Positions 28,191 to 37,963 of a stretch of 64,000 bases of DNA are shown here, in pieces (the stretch's first letter is position 1; every line of letters begins with the position of its first letter). The notes under the pieces were generated by a model. That model was not told where the DNA came from and ran no database searches. It was given only the letters and a program-made list of their open reading frames with translations. A program made the translations under genes and the position numbers. The DNA is taken from positions 96,001 to 160,000 of the forward strand of contig CBDCVK010000010.1 in assembly GCA_965223005.1 (NCBI GenBank), read 5' to 3'. The stretch comes from Terriglobia bacterium. GTDB lineage: Bacteria > Acidobacteriota > Terriglobia > JAJPHL01 > JAPKYU01.

Positions 28191-28895
28191 TCACCAATCC
28201 AGCGTTTTTCCGGGCTCCAGTTCCAGCACTTCCACCTCGGGCATGTCCGCGAGAAGCTGGCGCAGTTGCGCCGGGCGCCCGACCAGCGGCGAAAAGGTGC
28301 CGTAATGCATGCCCAGCACCTTCTTTGGCCGCAGCAGCCGGCAGGCATAGGCAGCCTCGACCGGACCCATGGTGAACAGGTCCCCAATGGGCAGGATAGC
28401 CAGCTCGGGCGCGTATAGATCGTGGATGATTTTCATGTCGCCAAAGACGTTAGTGTCGCCGGCGTGGTAGAAGCGGCGATCGCCCACCTGAATGACGTAG
28501 CCGACGGCCTCGCCCCCGTAGACAATTTTGCCGTCGTCCAGGATGCCGCAACTGTGGTCGGCGTGCACCATTGTCACCCGTAGCTCGCCCACTTGCTGCG
28601 ACCCGCCCTTGTTCATGGGCAGCGTTTTGGAAACGCCCTTGCTCTCCAGCCAGGCGCACACTTCGTAGACGCCCACCACCTGCGGCTGGTGCTGCCGGGC
28701 CAGCGCCACCGCGTCGCTGATGTGGTCAAAGTGCCCGTGCGTGATCAGCATTACGTCTAGGCGGTCAAACTTCTTCAGCGCCGCCGGACAGACCGGGTTG
28801 CCTTCCACCCAGGGGTCCACCAGCACGACGCTACCCCCGGGCGTGATCATTCGGAACGTCGAATGGCCGAGCCAGGTAATCTTCATCGTCGGCAT
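28191..28895 (-). CDS. UPF0173 metallo-beta-lactamase-fold hydrolase
   Basis: WLGHS; THGHFDH; HAGDT; MHYGTF. Confidence 0.92.
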   Translation of the reverse strand: MPTMKITWLGHSTFRMITPGGSVVLVDPWVEGNPVCPAALKKFDRLDVMLITHGHFDHISDAVALARQHQPQVVGVYEVCAWLESKGVSKTLPMNKGGSQQVGELRVTMVHADHSCGILDDGKIVYGGEAVGYVIQVGDRRFYHAGDTNVFGDMKIIHDLYAPELAILPIGDLFTMGPVEAAYACRLLRPKKVLGMHYGTFSPLVGRPAQLRQLLADMPEVEVLELEPGKTLDW

Positions 28896-29047
28896 GCTCT
28901 CCTCCGGTGCAAACTCTCCTCCGGTGCGAGTATAGTCCAGTGCTCGTTTTTCCGCCCCTCGGCTCCGTGGAGTTCAGAAAGGTCCGTGAAGTTCAGAGAC
29001 TGGGCGACCAATCGTCCCGAGCGAACATGCTAGAATCGGGCGTGCCG

Positions 29048-30349
29048 ATGGAGTCCGCTGTCGAAACGCTGGGGCAGGGCCGCCACCCGACGCCGTTCTC
29101 CTGCACTCGCTACGTCAACGACGAGGATCGCGTCATCTTCCACTCGGAGACGAAGCTGCTTCGCGCCGCCTTCGAGCAGCACGAAAAGCCGCCGTCGTTC
29201 GAAATGGCCGGGCCGCGGGAGAGCCTGTTTTTTGACCTGCGCCAGCTGAGCTGCGCCATCGTCACCTGCGGCGGGCTCTGCCCGGGGTTGAATGACGTCA
29301 TCCGGTCCATCGTCATGAGCCTGCACCACCTCTACGGCGTCCGACGCGTGCTGGGCATTCCTTACGGCTACCAGGGCTTGACGCCGCCATTTGAGAAAAC
29401 TTGGCGCGAGCTGGCCCCCGCGGTGGTCGCCGACGTTCACCACATGGGGGGCACCATGCTGGGCTCCTCCCGAGGGCCGCAGGACATCGGCGTGATGGTG
29501 GAGACCCTGGAGCGGAATCGCATCGGCGTGTTGTTTGTCGTCGGCGGCGACGGAACCCTGCGCGGGGCGCACCAGATTACTAAGGAGATTGCCCGCCGCA
29601 ACTTGCCCATCGCCGTCATCGGCCTGCCCAAGACCATTGACAACGACATCGCTTACATCCAGCGCTCGTTCGGCTTTCAGACCGCGGTCGGAGCGGCCCG
29701 CCACCCCGTTTCGGCCGCCCACGCCGAAGCGCTCGGCGCCCCCAACGGCACGGGCCTGGTCAAGCTGATGGGCCGCCATTCCGGCTTCCTGGCCGCCCAG
29801 GCGGCGCTCTCCAGCGGCGACGTCAACTTCTGCCTGGTTCCCGAGGTGCCATTCGTTCTGGAAGAGGGCGAGTCCGGGTTCCTACCCGCGCTCAAGCGGC
29901 GTCTGGTGGCCCGCCACCACGCCGTCATCGTGGTGGCGGAGGGAGCAGGACAGGAATTGTTGGCCGCGCAGGAGTCCGCCCACGACCCCTCGGGGAACGT
30001 GGCCCTGGGCGATATCGGAACCTTCTTGCGCGAGCGGATTCAGGAGTATTTCCGGCGGATCGGCTTGCCATTGGGGCTGAAGTACATTGATCCCAGCTAC
30101 ATGATTCGCAGCCTGCCCGCGGACCCCGACGATTCCGCCTTCTGTTTGCTGCTTGGTCAGAACGCGGTCCATGCGGCTTTGGCCGGTCGCACCGACGCGA
30201 TGGTCGGCTACTGGAACCAGCACTTCACCCTGGTGCCCATCCCGCTGGCTGTCTCCCGTCGCAAGCGCATCGACCCGGAGGGAATGCTCTGGCAAAGCGT
30301 GTTGCAAACCACCGGGCAGCTCGACATGAGCGGCAACTCGAGCTCTTAG
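29048..30349 (+). CDS. pfkA: ATP-dependent 6-phosphofructokinase (long, clade X-like)
   Basis: TCGGLCPGLN; GGDGT; PKTIDND; LMGRHSG; KYIDPSYMIRS. Confidence 0.92.
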   Translation: MESAVETLGQGRHPTPFSCTRYVNDEDRVIFHSETKLLRAAFEQHEKPPSFEMAGPRESLFFDLRQLSCAIVTCGGLCPGLNDVIRSIVMSLHHLYGVRRVLGIPYGYQGLTPPFEKTWRELAPAVVADVHHMGGTMLGSSRGPQDIGVMVETLERNRIGVLFVVGGDGTLRGAHQITKEIARRNLPIAVIGLPKTIDNDIAYIQRSFGFQTAVGAARHPVSAAHAEALGAPNGTGLVKLMGRHSGFLAAQAALSSGDVNFCLVPEVPFVLEEGESGFLPALKRRLVARHHAVIVVAEGAGQELLAAQESAHDPSGNVALGDIGTFLRERIQEYFRRIGLPLGLKYIDPSYMIRSLPADPDDSAFCLLLGQNAVHAALAGRTDAMVGYWNQHFTLVPIPLAVSRRKRIDPEGMLWQSVLQTTGQLDMSGNSSS

Positions 30350-30372
30350 CTACCTCAAAAGCCAGCACGAAG

Positions 30373-30900
30373 TCACCGAGGCTCAAAACGCTGGCGGAAA
30401 TCCTCGGATTGTTTGCGCAGCGCGAGCCAGTCGAAGAACAGCTCCGGGGTCTGGAGCCAGATGGTGAACCACTGGGCAATCTCTTCTTTCTCCGCGCGCT
30501 TGTCCGCTGCTACCTTGCGGTTGCTGGCGATCAGGGCGGCGCGGCGGCGCACCCGAATGGCGCCGCGCCGGCACTCCTCGGCGAGGCCGGGTTCATTTCG
30601 AGTGCGGCAGGTCCGGTAGCGCTCATCGAGCGCGCGCAAGGTGGTTTCGGCGGCTGCCAGCGTGTCGAAGTGAAGCAGCTCTAGAACTTCTCGGGAGATC
30701 CCTCCCAGTTCGGCGTCCACGCTGGCACCCAGCTCGGCCAGCACATCCAGCAGGTACTCTTGAGAGATGCGCGCCTGCGGGCCCAGCACCCGAGCCAGCT
30801 CGCCCCGGATAGCTAAAGCTTCCTCCGTTCCGATGCGAGCCGGACGCGCTTGCTGCAGGTACTGTCGAATGACAGACTTCTTGGTGGGGCGGGCAGTCAC
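30373..30900 (-). CDS. Hypothetical protein
   Basis: Coding-like composition; overlaps the upstream TPR gene stop (GTGA); C-terminal EIAQWFTIWLQTPELFFDWL. Confidence 0.75.
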   Translation of the reverse strand: MTARPTKKSVIRQYLQQARPARIGTEEALAIRGELARVLGPQARISQEYLLDVLAELGASVDAELGGISREVLELLHFDTLAAAETTLRALDERYRTCRTRNEPGLAEECRRGAIRVRRRAALIASNRKVAADKRAEKEEIAQWFTIWLQTPELFFDWLALRKQSEDFRQRFEPR

Positions 30901-32186
30901 TGGGGTGACACAGGCTTTTTCGGGGCTGGTTTGTTCAGCCCGCGCAATTCCGAAGCCAGGACAGGGTTGTCGGGGAGTTTTCGCAGCGCTTTCCGCAACA
31001 CCTCCCGTGCGCGCTCACTTTCCCCGCGCGTTAGGTGCACCAGCACCAGGATGCGGATCGACCCAACCGACTCCCAGTTGTCGAGCTCGACCGCGCGGCG
31101 AGCGTATTCGAGCGCCACGTCCGGCTCACGCTCGCGCAAATAGACGGCCAGTCCGGCCAGCGCCGCCGGGTTGTTGGCGTCGCTGGCCAGCGTCAGCCGC
31201 CATTCCCTGGCCGCCTCTACGGTTCGTCCCACTCGGGCCAGCAGGTTGCCGCGCAGGGCCCGCGCGTCGCTCCGCCGCGAGTTGATCTCCACAGCGCGAG
31301 TCACCTCCTGCAAGCCTTCTGGAAAGCGCCCAAGCTGCAGCAGGGTCTTGGCCAGTTGGAAGCGCGCCTCTTCCGAATTCGGGCGCTCGCGGAGCACGGC
31401 GCGCCACTGCTTCTCAGCCCGGGCCCAGTCCTGATTCAGCATGTGCGCCTGAGCAAGCAGCTCGTGCAGGTCGGCGTTGTCCGGATCGGCCTTCAGGAGC
31501 CGGCTCGCACGGTTGATCGCTTTCTCGACCTCACCGGCCTGCAGTTCGGCGGCCGCCAGGTAGGCTTGGGCGCGCGCGTTCCCGGGCTGTTCCTCCACAA
31601 CGGCCTCCAGCAAGGTCCGAGCTTCGGCGATGCGGTTCTGGCGCAACAGCTCGACGGCGCGCTGCTCGACGCGGGCCCAAGCCTCGGCAGGCCTTTCACT
31701 CACACTGCGCGCGTTCGGAGGATCAGGCCTGCCGGGCTCCTGGGCCGGAGCGATCGACTGCAGCAGGACGACTGCGGCCATAACCGCCACAAACTCCAGA
31801 TGTCGCATGCAAGAGGTGTCGCAGCGGGGCGGCGCCCCGGGTAGCGAATAGCGATTTCGGGCGATGAAGCGGTAGAAAGGCGGGCCCAGCCAGCGCAACG
31901 GGGGCCGTGCCAGCACCCACCCCAGCCAGGCCAGGGCCGGCAGTCCGCGCATCACTGTGAGCCACGCGAAGAATCCTTTGCTCCAGGTGCCGTCGGCGCC
32001 GCGCACGTGCATCTCGGACGCCAGTTCCTCGGGCTGAACAGGGAGACCCGACTGGATCGCCGTGTCGGTATAGTCGAGAAATTCCACGCGCCCGTGGCGG
32101 TCGAAGCGCTTCACCCGCTGTTCCGCCCAACGGCAGAAGGCGCAATGTCCGTCCACGTAGACCTGAATCTTCACAACAGCCGGCAT
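30897..32186 (-). CDS. DUF393/DCC1-like thiol-disulfide oxidoreductase fused in frame to a TPR protein (possibly two genes; second ATG at 31808)
   Basis: YVDGHCAFC and YRFIARNRY, then a signal-like MRHLEFVAVMAAVVLL followed by TPR repeats. Confidence 0.8.
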   Translation of the reverse strand: MPAVVKIQVYVDGHCAFCRWAEQRVKRFDRHGRVEFLDYTDTAIQSGLPVQPEELASEMHVRGADGTWSKGFFAWLTVMRGLPALAWLGWVLARPPLRWLGPPFYRFIARNRYSLPGAPPRCDTSCMRHLEFVAVMAAVVLLQSIAPAQEPGRPDPPNARSVSERPAEAWARVEQRAVELLRQNRIAEARTLLEAVVEEQPGNARAQAYLAAAELQAGEVEKAINRASRLLKADPDNADLHELLAQAHMLNQDWARAEKQWRAVLRERPNSEEARFQLAKTLLQLGRFPEGLQEVTRAVEINSRRSDARALRGNLLARVGRTVEAAREWRLTLASDANNPAALAGLAVYLREREPDVALEYARRAVELDNWESVGSIRILVLVHLTRGESERAREVLRKALRKLPDNPVLASELRGLNKPAPKKPVSPQ

Positions 32187-32263
32187 GCAAGCCCCGCTCC
32201 GGAGGGATCGCTCTGGTCGCCTGGCGCGGGAAGCTTCTCCCGCCCGCATCAAGCCTGGGCCAA

Positions 32264-32524
32264 TCAGGCCTGGGCCAGACGGTTGTACAGCAACGCGAAG
32301 ACGGCCCCGCCCACGGTCCCGTCCACAACTCCATACAGCGTGCCCACGATCACCTGACCAAAGCTGGCCGAGGCATTGTAGCCGGGGTAGATCGAGGCCA
32401 GCAGGCGGAGAAACTCCTGGCCATAGCTGGGCCAGATGAGGTTTGCGCAACCGGTTAGAAACACTGCCAGCATTCCCCACATAATTCCGGCCGCAATCGC
32501 CATACCTTTGACGCTAAGTTTCAT
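32264..32524 (-). CDS. Small membrane protein
   Basis: Hydrophobic helices; ASIYPGY...G.LYG.VDG...LYNRL; GGAGG RBS. Confidence 0.8.
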   Translation of the reverse strand: MKLSVKGMAIAAGIMWGMLAVFLTGCANLIWPSYGQEFLRLLASIYPGYNASASFGQVIVGTLYGVVDGTVGGAVFALLYNRLAQA

Positions 32525-32654
32525 AGACGCCTCCAATGGTGCAACTACTAACATTCTACTCCCGGGAAGATGCTGGAGCGCTCGGCCTTGTGCCGGGTAT
32601 TTGGGCGAGCCGCCCGCCAGAGGCGGCGCTTCATTCTAGCGTTGATGGAGTTGG

Positions 32655-33230
32655 CTAGCGTTGATAGAGCTGGATGGTGTGCCGGGTGCCGTGGCCGCGG
32701 TCCAACTTCTCGATGCGGGTTGCACGCCAGAGGGGGATGCCGAAGTCGTGGGTGACCACGCGGGCGCCGGGACGCAGTTGCTGTTCGAGCTTTGGCCGCA
32801 GGCGAACCAGGGCCTCCGGCAGCAGGTAGAGGGCTACAACATCGGCGTCGCGCAGGTCGGCGTCAAACAGGTTGCCGCGGACCAGCGTGATGCGATCCTC
32901 CAGGCCCTGGCGGCGCACATTGTCGCGGGCCAGGGCGAAGACCTCGGCGTCCAGTTCCACCCCCACGCCGCGGGCGCCGTATTTCTGCGCGGCCAGCACC
33001 AGGATGCGGGCATCGCCGCATCCCAAGTCATAGACGGTCTCCTCCGGCTGCACCTCCGCCAGCCGCAGCATGAGGTCGATCACCTCGTCCGAGGAGGACA
33101 AGAACGGCGACACCTGCTCCGGGTTTTCTGGGACGTGCAGCGTGAGCGAGCCGTCCTCCGCCTTGTAGCGGCTCATCACGCCGAGCAACACCAGCACGCC
33201 CACCGTCAACCAGAAGAGCTTGGAGCGCAT
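32655..33230 (-). CDS. Class I SAM-dependent methyltransferase with an N-terminal TM/signal segment
   Basis: YDLGCGDAR; GVELD; LYLLP; RVVTHDF. Confidence 0.88.
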   Translation of the reverse strand: MRSKLFWLTVGVLVLLGVMSRYKAEDGSLTLHVPENPEQVSPFLSSSDEVIDLMLRLAEVQPEETVYDLGCGDARILVLAAQKYGARGVGVELDAEVFALARDNVRRQGLEDRITLVRGNLFDADLRDADVVALYLLPEALVRLRPKLEQQLRPGARVVTHDFGIPLWRATRIEKLDRGHGTRHTIQLYQR

Positions 33231-33259
33231 CACTAAGCCAGGTCTTGGATCGAGTTTCG

Positions 33260-33369
33260 ACCACCGAGACGCAGAGGAACCGAACACCCTTCTGGAAGAT
33301 TGGCTTTGTGTGTCCTTACGACCTGCGGCAGTTATGCCATCCTGCTCCGTGTCTCCATGTTTCTGTGGC
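33260..33369. repeat. REP-like imperfect inverted element
   Basis: ACCACCGAGACGCAGAGG ... CTCCGTGTCTCCATGTTTCTGTGGC in the intergenic space. Confidence 0.4.
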
Positions 33370-33383
33370 AAGAGCGGCATGAA

Positions 33384-34490
33384 CTAGGCCACGGTGGTCA
33401 CTTCCTGCTTGAGTTTTTCGGCCTGGAAGTGAGTCGTTAGGGCCTCCACCAGCGGCGTTAGCTTGCCGTCCATCACCTGGTCCAGTTGGTGGAGGGTCAG
33501 ACCGATGCGGTGGTCGGTGACGCGGTTCTGGGGAAAGTTGTAGGTGCGGATCTTCTCGCTACGATCACCCGAGCCGACCATGGCCCGGCGCTCCTGCGCC
33601 ACCGCCCGTTGCTGCTTTTCGCGCTCCAGCTCGTAGAGCCGCGCCCGCAACACGCGCATGGCCTTGGCCTTGTTCTTAATCTGCGACTTCTCGTCCTGGC
33701 AGGTCACCACCAGCCCCGTGGGCAGGTGGGTGAGGCGCACTGCGGAGTAGGTGGTGTTCACCGACTGGCCGCCGGGGCCGGAAGAGCAGAAGGTGTCCAC
33801 CCGCAGGTCCTTGGGGTCAATTGCCACCTCCACTTCCTCGGCCTCAGGCAGCACCGCCACCGTGACCGCCGAGGTGTGGACGCGGCCCTGCTGCTCGGTC
33901 TGCGGCACGCGCTGCACCCGGTGCACTCCGCTTTCGTACTTCAGACGGCTATACACGCGCCGCCCTTCGATGACCGCGATGATTTCCTTCAGTCCGCCGA
34001 TGCTGGAGGCGCTGCTGGAGATGACATCCACCTTCCAGCTCTGGGTTTCGGCGAAGCGGGCGTACAGCCGGAAGATTTCGGCGGCAAACAGGCTGGCCTC
34101 GTCGCCGCCGGTGCCGGCGCGGATTTCCACCACCACGTTCTTTTCGTCGTGGGGATCCCTGGGGATCAGCAAAGACTTCAACTGTTGCTCCGCCGCGCCG
34201 ATGCGTTCCTCCAGGTGGCGCAGTTCCTGCTCGGCCAAGGCGCGCATCTCGGGGTCGGCGTCGTCCAGCATGGCGCGAGTACCGGCCACGCCCTGCCGCA
34301 GGCTCTTCCATTCGCGGTACTTCTCGACAACCTCACCCAGCTCCGAGTGCAGGCGAGCCAGCTTCTGGTAGCGTGCCCCGTCGGCCAGCACCGCCGGGTC
34401 AGCTAGCTGCTGGCTGAGATCCTCGTAGCGGGCCTCGATCTGGTCCAGCTTGTCAATCACCGGCTTGTCAACCAATTGTTTCTCGCTCAT
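33384..34490 (-). CDS. prfA: Peptide chain release factor 1
   Basis: GGQ; PQT; HTS; [14 protein letters not shown]. Confidence 0.98.
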   Translation of the reverse strand: MSEKQLVDKPVIDKLDQIEARYEDLSQQLADPAVLADGARYQKLARLHSELGEVVEKYREWKSLRQGVAGTRAMLDDADPEMRALAEQELRHLEERIGAAEQQLKSLLIPRDPHDEKNVVVEIRAGTGGDEASLFAAEIFRLYARFAETQSWKVDVISSSASSIGGLKEIIAVIEGRRVYSRLKYESGVHRVQRVPQTEQQGRVHTSAVTVAVLPEAEEVEVAIDPKDLRVDTFCSSGPGGQSVNTTYSAVRLTHLPTGLVVTCQDEKSQIKNKAKAMRVLRARLYELEREKQQRAVAQERRAMVGSGDRSEKIRTYNFPQNRVTDHRIGLTLHQLDQVMDGKLTPLVEALTTHFQAEKLKQEVTTVA

Positions 34491-34505
34491 GAAATAACGC
34501 TACCC

Positions 34506-34533
34506 AAACAAAACCCTCCGCCGGGCGGAGGGT
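34506..34533 (-). terminator. Terminator-like hairpin between DUF1385 and prfA
   Basis: ACCCTCCGC-CCG-GCGGAGGGT followed by TTTGTTT on the minus strand. Confidence 0.55.
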
Positions 34534-34552
34534 AAGTAGAACTCGGAGCCTG

Positions 34553-35578
34553 CTAGGCGATCACCAGATCGCCGCCGCGCTGCTGCTCCAGCGCCATGGC
34601 TTCCTTCAGCGCGTGGATGGCCACCTCCAGTTGGTCGTCGGCCGGCGGCTTGGTGGTGATTCGCTGGAGCCACAGCCCCGGAGCCACCATCGAGGCCCAC
34701 AACGTCCCCTGCCGCCGCGCCGCGAAGCGGATCAGCTCAAAGCTGACGCCGGCAATCAGTGGCAGTAGCGCAACCCGCACCAGGAAGCGCATTCCGAACG
34801 ACTCCACCGGGATCAGCGTGTAGATGCCCAGGCTGATCAGCATCACCACCACCAGGAAGCTGGTGCCGCAGCGCGGGTGCAGCGTCGTAAAGGCGCGGGC
34901 GTTCGCCACACTGACCGGCTGCTGCGATTCAAAGTTGAACACCACCTTGTGTTCGGCCCCGTGATACTCGAACACCCGCCGGATCTCGCTCCAGCGGGAA
35001 ACCAACAGCAGGAAGGTCAGAAACAGGGCAATGCGGATCAGCCCGTCCACCAGGTTGAACACGAAATGGTTCTCCACCGCCGCAACGTACTGCTGGAGCC
35101 GGGTGGTGAGGAACAGCGGCACAAACTTGTACAGAAGAATGAAAAAGCCCAGGCTAAAGGCCAGATTGGCAGCCATGACCCAGGAGCTGACTTCTGCCTT
35201 GCCTTTTGCCTTGCCGTGCCCGCCTTCGGCGGTGTTTTCCGCTGCGTTTTCGACAGCATTTTCAGACTCCAGGGCGCTGTTGGCGGAGAAGCGCAGCGAA
35301 CGAATGCCCAGCGCCAGCGCCTGCCCCATAGTCCCCAGCCCGCGCAGGACTGGGATCTTCCACAATCGCCGGCGTTCGGAAGGGCGCACCAATGGGCCGG
35401 TCTGTGTGGCTAATTCGCCGGAGGGTTTGCGCACCGCCACGCAGTAGGCGTGCGGTGCGCGCATCATCACGCCCTCGATCACCGCCTGGCCGCCCACCAG
35501 TACTTCCTCGCCGCCTTCCATGGCCGGAAGCAGTTGCAGGCTGGCCGCCAGACGCAGGTTCCGCTTCAGTCGGCTCAT
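34553..35578 (-). CDS. DUF1385 family membrane protein
   Basis: GGQAVIEGVMMR; YHGAEHK; HPRCGTSF. Confidence 0.93.
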   Translation of the reverse strand: MSRLKRNLRLAASLQLLPAMEGGEEVLVGGQAVIEGVMMRAPHAYCVAVRKPSGELATQTGPLVRPSERRRLWKIPVLRGLGTMGQALALGIRSLRFSANSALESENAVENAAENTAEGGHGKAKGKAEVSSWVMAANLAFSLGFFILLYKFVPLFLTTRLQQYVAAVENHFVFNLVDGLIRIALFLTFLLLVSRWSEIRRVFEYHGAEHKVVFNFESQQPVSVANARAFTTLHPRCGTSFLVVVMLISLGIYTLIPVESFGMRFLVRVALLPLIAGVSFELIRFAARRQGTLWASMVAPGLWLQRITTKPPADDQLEVAIHALKEAMALEQQRGGDLVIA

Positions 35579-35694
35579 CTTCTTGATTATACCTGAAAGC
35601 GCCGTGGCGCTATAATACGCCCGCCGTCTACTCCAGGCGAACGTGAGGAAGCCGCCCACGAGGAGAGTTACGGAATCAAGACAAGGAGCGCCCC

Positions 35695-36009
35695 ATGCCC
35701 GATGATGTATTCTCTGGAGCACGCAGAGATCAAGAAAAGTACTTCTACGAGCGCGACCGAGAATTGGTTGAGAAGCTGCGCGCCAAAGCTGAAGCCGAGC
35801 GGCGCGAGATGGAACGTAAGCACCGAAAGGAAACCCACTGGATGAAGTGCCCCAAGTGCGGTCACGACCTGGAGGAGACCCAAATGGGGCCGCTGTTGGT
35901 GGACAAGTGCAAAGACTGCGGCGGCGTCTTCTTCGATGCCGGCGAGCTGGACTTGTTGCTGGCCGCGGAGAAGGATACTTCTATCCTGCGCCGAATCTTC
36001 CGGCGCTAG
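35695..36009 (+). CDS. zf-TFIIB-type zinc-ribbon protein
   Basis: CPKCG...DKCKDCGGVFFDAGEL; AAGGAG RBS. Confidence 0.88.
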   Translation: MPDDVFSGARRDQEKYFYERDRELVEKLRAKAEAERREMERKHRKETHWMKCPKCGHDLEETQMGPLLVDKCKDCGGVFFDAGELDLLLAAEKDTSILRRIFRR

Positions 36010-36018
36010 CACACGGCG

Positions 36019-36120
36019 TGTCATTCCGAGGGCCGCCGCTGTTTGTCGGCCCGAGGAATCTGCTTGTTCAGCAAACCATTGCCATGGAAAAGCAGATTCC
36101 TCGCTTCGCTCGGAATGACA
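36019..36120. repeat. REP/MITE-like palindromic element
   Basis: Terminal IR TGTCATTCCGAG...CTCGGAATGACA and inner IR CGAGGAATCTGCTT...AAGCAGATTCCTCG; a half copy is at 54199-54232. Confidence 0.85.
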
Positions 36121-36163
36121 AGGGAGCGACCTTTTCAGCACCCTTGGAAAACCACCTTTGCTC

Positions 36164-37813
36164 ATGACCGCTTCTTGGACGCAGGTCTATTACCCCTGGG
36201 GCCCGGGGTTGTGGCCCCTTTCCACACTGGCGGCCGCGCTGCCGGTGCTGGTGTTGTTTACCTTCCTGCTGAAACACGCCCGGCCGCACATCGCCGCTAT
36301 CGCCGGCGCGGTGACGGCGCTGATTTGTTCGATGGCGCTGTTTGGGATGCCGCCGCAGCTGGCGCTGGCGTCCTTCAGCTTCGGAGGCGCCTTCGGTCTG
36401 CTGCGCATCTGCTGGATCGTACTGAATGCCGTATTCCTCTACGACATTGCGGTGGCCAGCGGGCAGTTCGACGTCATGCGCGCTTCGGTGGGCTCCATCT
36501 CCGCCGACCGACGCCTCCAGGCGTTGCTGATTGCTTTCAGCTTCGGGGCGTTCATCGAGGGCGCCGCCGGCTTCGGCGCTCCGGTAGCCATTTCGGCGGC
36601 AATGATGGCTGGCCTGGGGTTCAACCCGTTTAAGGCGGCAGCCCTGTGCCTGATCGCCAACACCGCGCCGGTGGCCTTCGGCGCCCTGGGCACCCCGGTC
36701 CACACGCTGGCGCTGGTGAGCGGGCTGAACGAGAGCGACCTGTCGGCCATGAACGCGCGCATTTTGCCGCTGGTTTCCCCCATCGTCGCCTTCTGGCTGG
36801 TGCGCGCTATGGTGCCCTGGAAGCAAACCTTCCAGGTGCTGCCCGGCATTCTGGTCACCGGCCTCAGCTTCGGGGTCGTGCAGTTCTACTGGGGTAACTA
36901 TCAGGACAGCAACCTGGTGGACATCATGGCCGGAATTGCGGCACTGCTGGCCACCGTCGTCTTTCTCCGCTTCTGGCAGCCCAAGGAAATCTGGCGCTTC
37001 CCCGAGGAACACGGAACGGCCGTGGTCGGCCATGACTACACCCGCAAGCAGGTGCTGAAGGCCTGGATGCCCTTTGCCATCCTGACTCTTTTCGTGCTTC
37101 TGTGGGGCTTCATCCAGCGCCCGCTGGACAGCTACACACGAATTGACTTTCAGTTTCCCGTGCTGCACAACGCCGTGTGGCGGGACGCGCCGGCGGTGCC
37201 GGAAAAAACGCCGGAGGCGGCCGTCTACCGGTTTGCCTGGCTGTCGGCCACCGGCACGGCGGCTTTCTTCTCGGCCGTTTTATCCGGGCTGCTGCTGGGG
37301 ATGAGCCCGAGGCGCATCTTCCAAATTTTTGGGCACACGGTCTACCGCATGCGCTTTGCCCTCACGGCCATCTTCTTCATGCTGGGACTGGCCTACGTGA
37401 CCCGTTACTCCGGCATGGATGTCGTGCTGGGCCTGGCTTTCACCCGCACTGGCGCGGTCTACCCGTTTTTCGCGGCGTTCCTAGGGTGGCTGGGTGTGGC
37501 GCTGACAGGCAGCGACACCTCCTCCAATGCCTTGTTCGGCAGCCTGCAGCGCATCACCGCCGAGCAGCTCAGCTTGGACCCCATCCTGATCACCTCAGCC
37601 AACAGCACCGGGGGCGTGATGGGCAAGATGATTGACGCGCAGAGTATCGTGGTGGCGGCGGCGGCCACCAACATCGTCGGGCGGGAGGGAGAGCTGCTGC
37701 GCTACGTCTTCTGGACCAGCGTGGCGCTGGCCTCCGTGGTCGGCGTGATCATCATGCTCTACGCCTACGTCTTCCCGCAGTTCGTCCCCCATGGCCTCAC
37801 CTTCATGCAATAG
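36164..37813 (+). CDS. lctP: L-lactate permease
   Basis: FIEGAAGFGAP; NTAPVAFGALG; TGSDTSSNALF; MGKMI..QSI. Confidence 0.93.
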   Translation: MTASWTQVYYPWGPGLWPLSTLAAALPVLVLFTFLLKHARPHIAAIAGAVTALICSMALFGMPPQLALASFSFGGAFGLLRICWIVLNAVFLYDIAVASGQFDVMRASVGSISADRRLQALLIAFSFGAFIEGAAGFGAPVAISAAMMAGLGFNPFKAAALCLIANTAPVAFGALGTPVHTLALVSGLNESDLSAMNARILPLVSPIVAFWLVRAMVPWKQTFQVLPGILVTGLSFGVVQFYWGNYQDSNLVDIMAGIAALLATVVFLRFWQPKEIWRFPEEHGTAVVGHDYTRKQVLKAWMPFAILTLFVLLWGFIQRPLDSYTRIDFQFPVLHNAVWRDAPAVPEKTPEAAVYRFAWLSATGTAAFFSAVLSGLLLGMSPRRIFQIFGHTVYRMRFALTAIFFMLGLAYVTRYSGMDVVLGLAFTRTGAVYPFFAAFLGWLGVALTGSDTSSNALFGSLQRITAEQLSLDPILITSANSTGGVMGKMIDAQSIVVAAAATNIVGREGELLRYVFWTSVALASVVGVIIMLYAYVFPQFVPHGLTFMQ

Positions 37814-37963
37814 AGTCGGTGGAGAACCTCCAGCGAAATCAGGCAGAGCACACTGGCGTACAGCAAACGTACCGCGCGGCTGTAGCTCTGTTCCAGGTAG
37901 CCGTAGTTGGTCACGGCAATCTCGGATTGCGAATTTCGGAATGCGGATCGCCGGTTGTTTCTC

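Noticed and set aside
32264-32524. Small membrane protein as a prophage holin
   Set aside because: No endolysin or other phage genes nearby, and the context is core genome.
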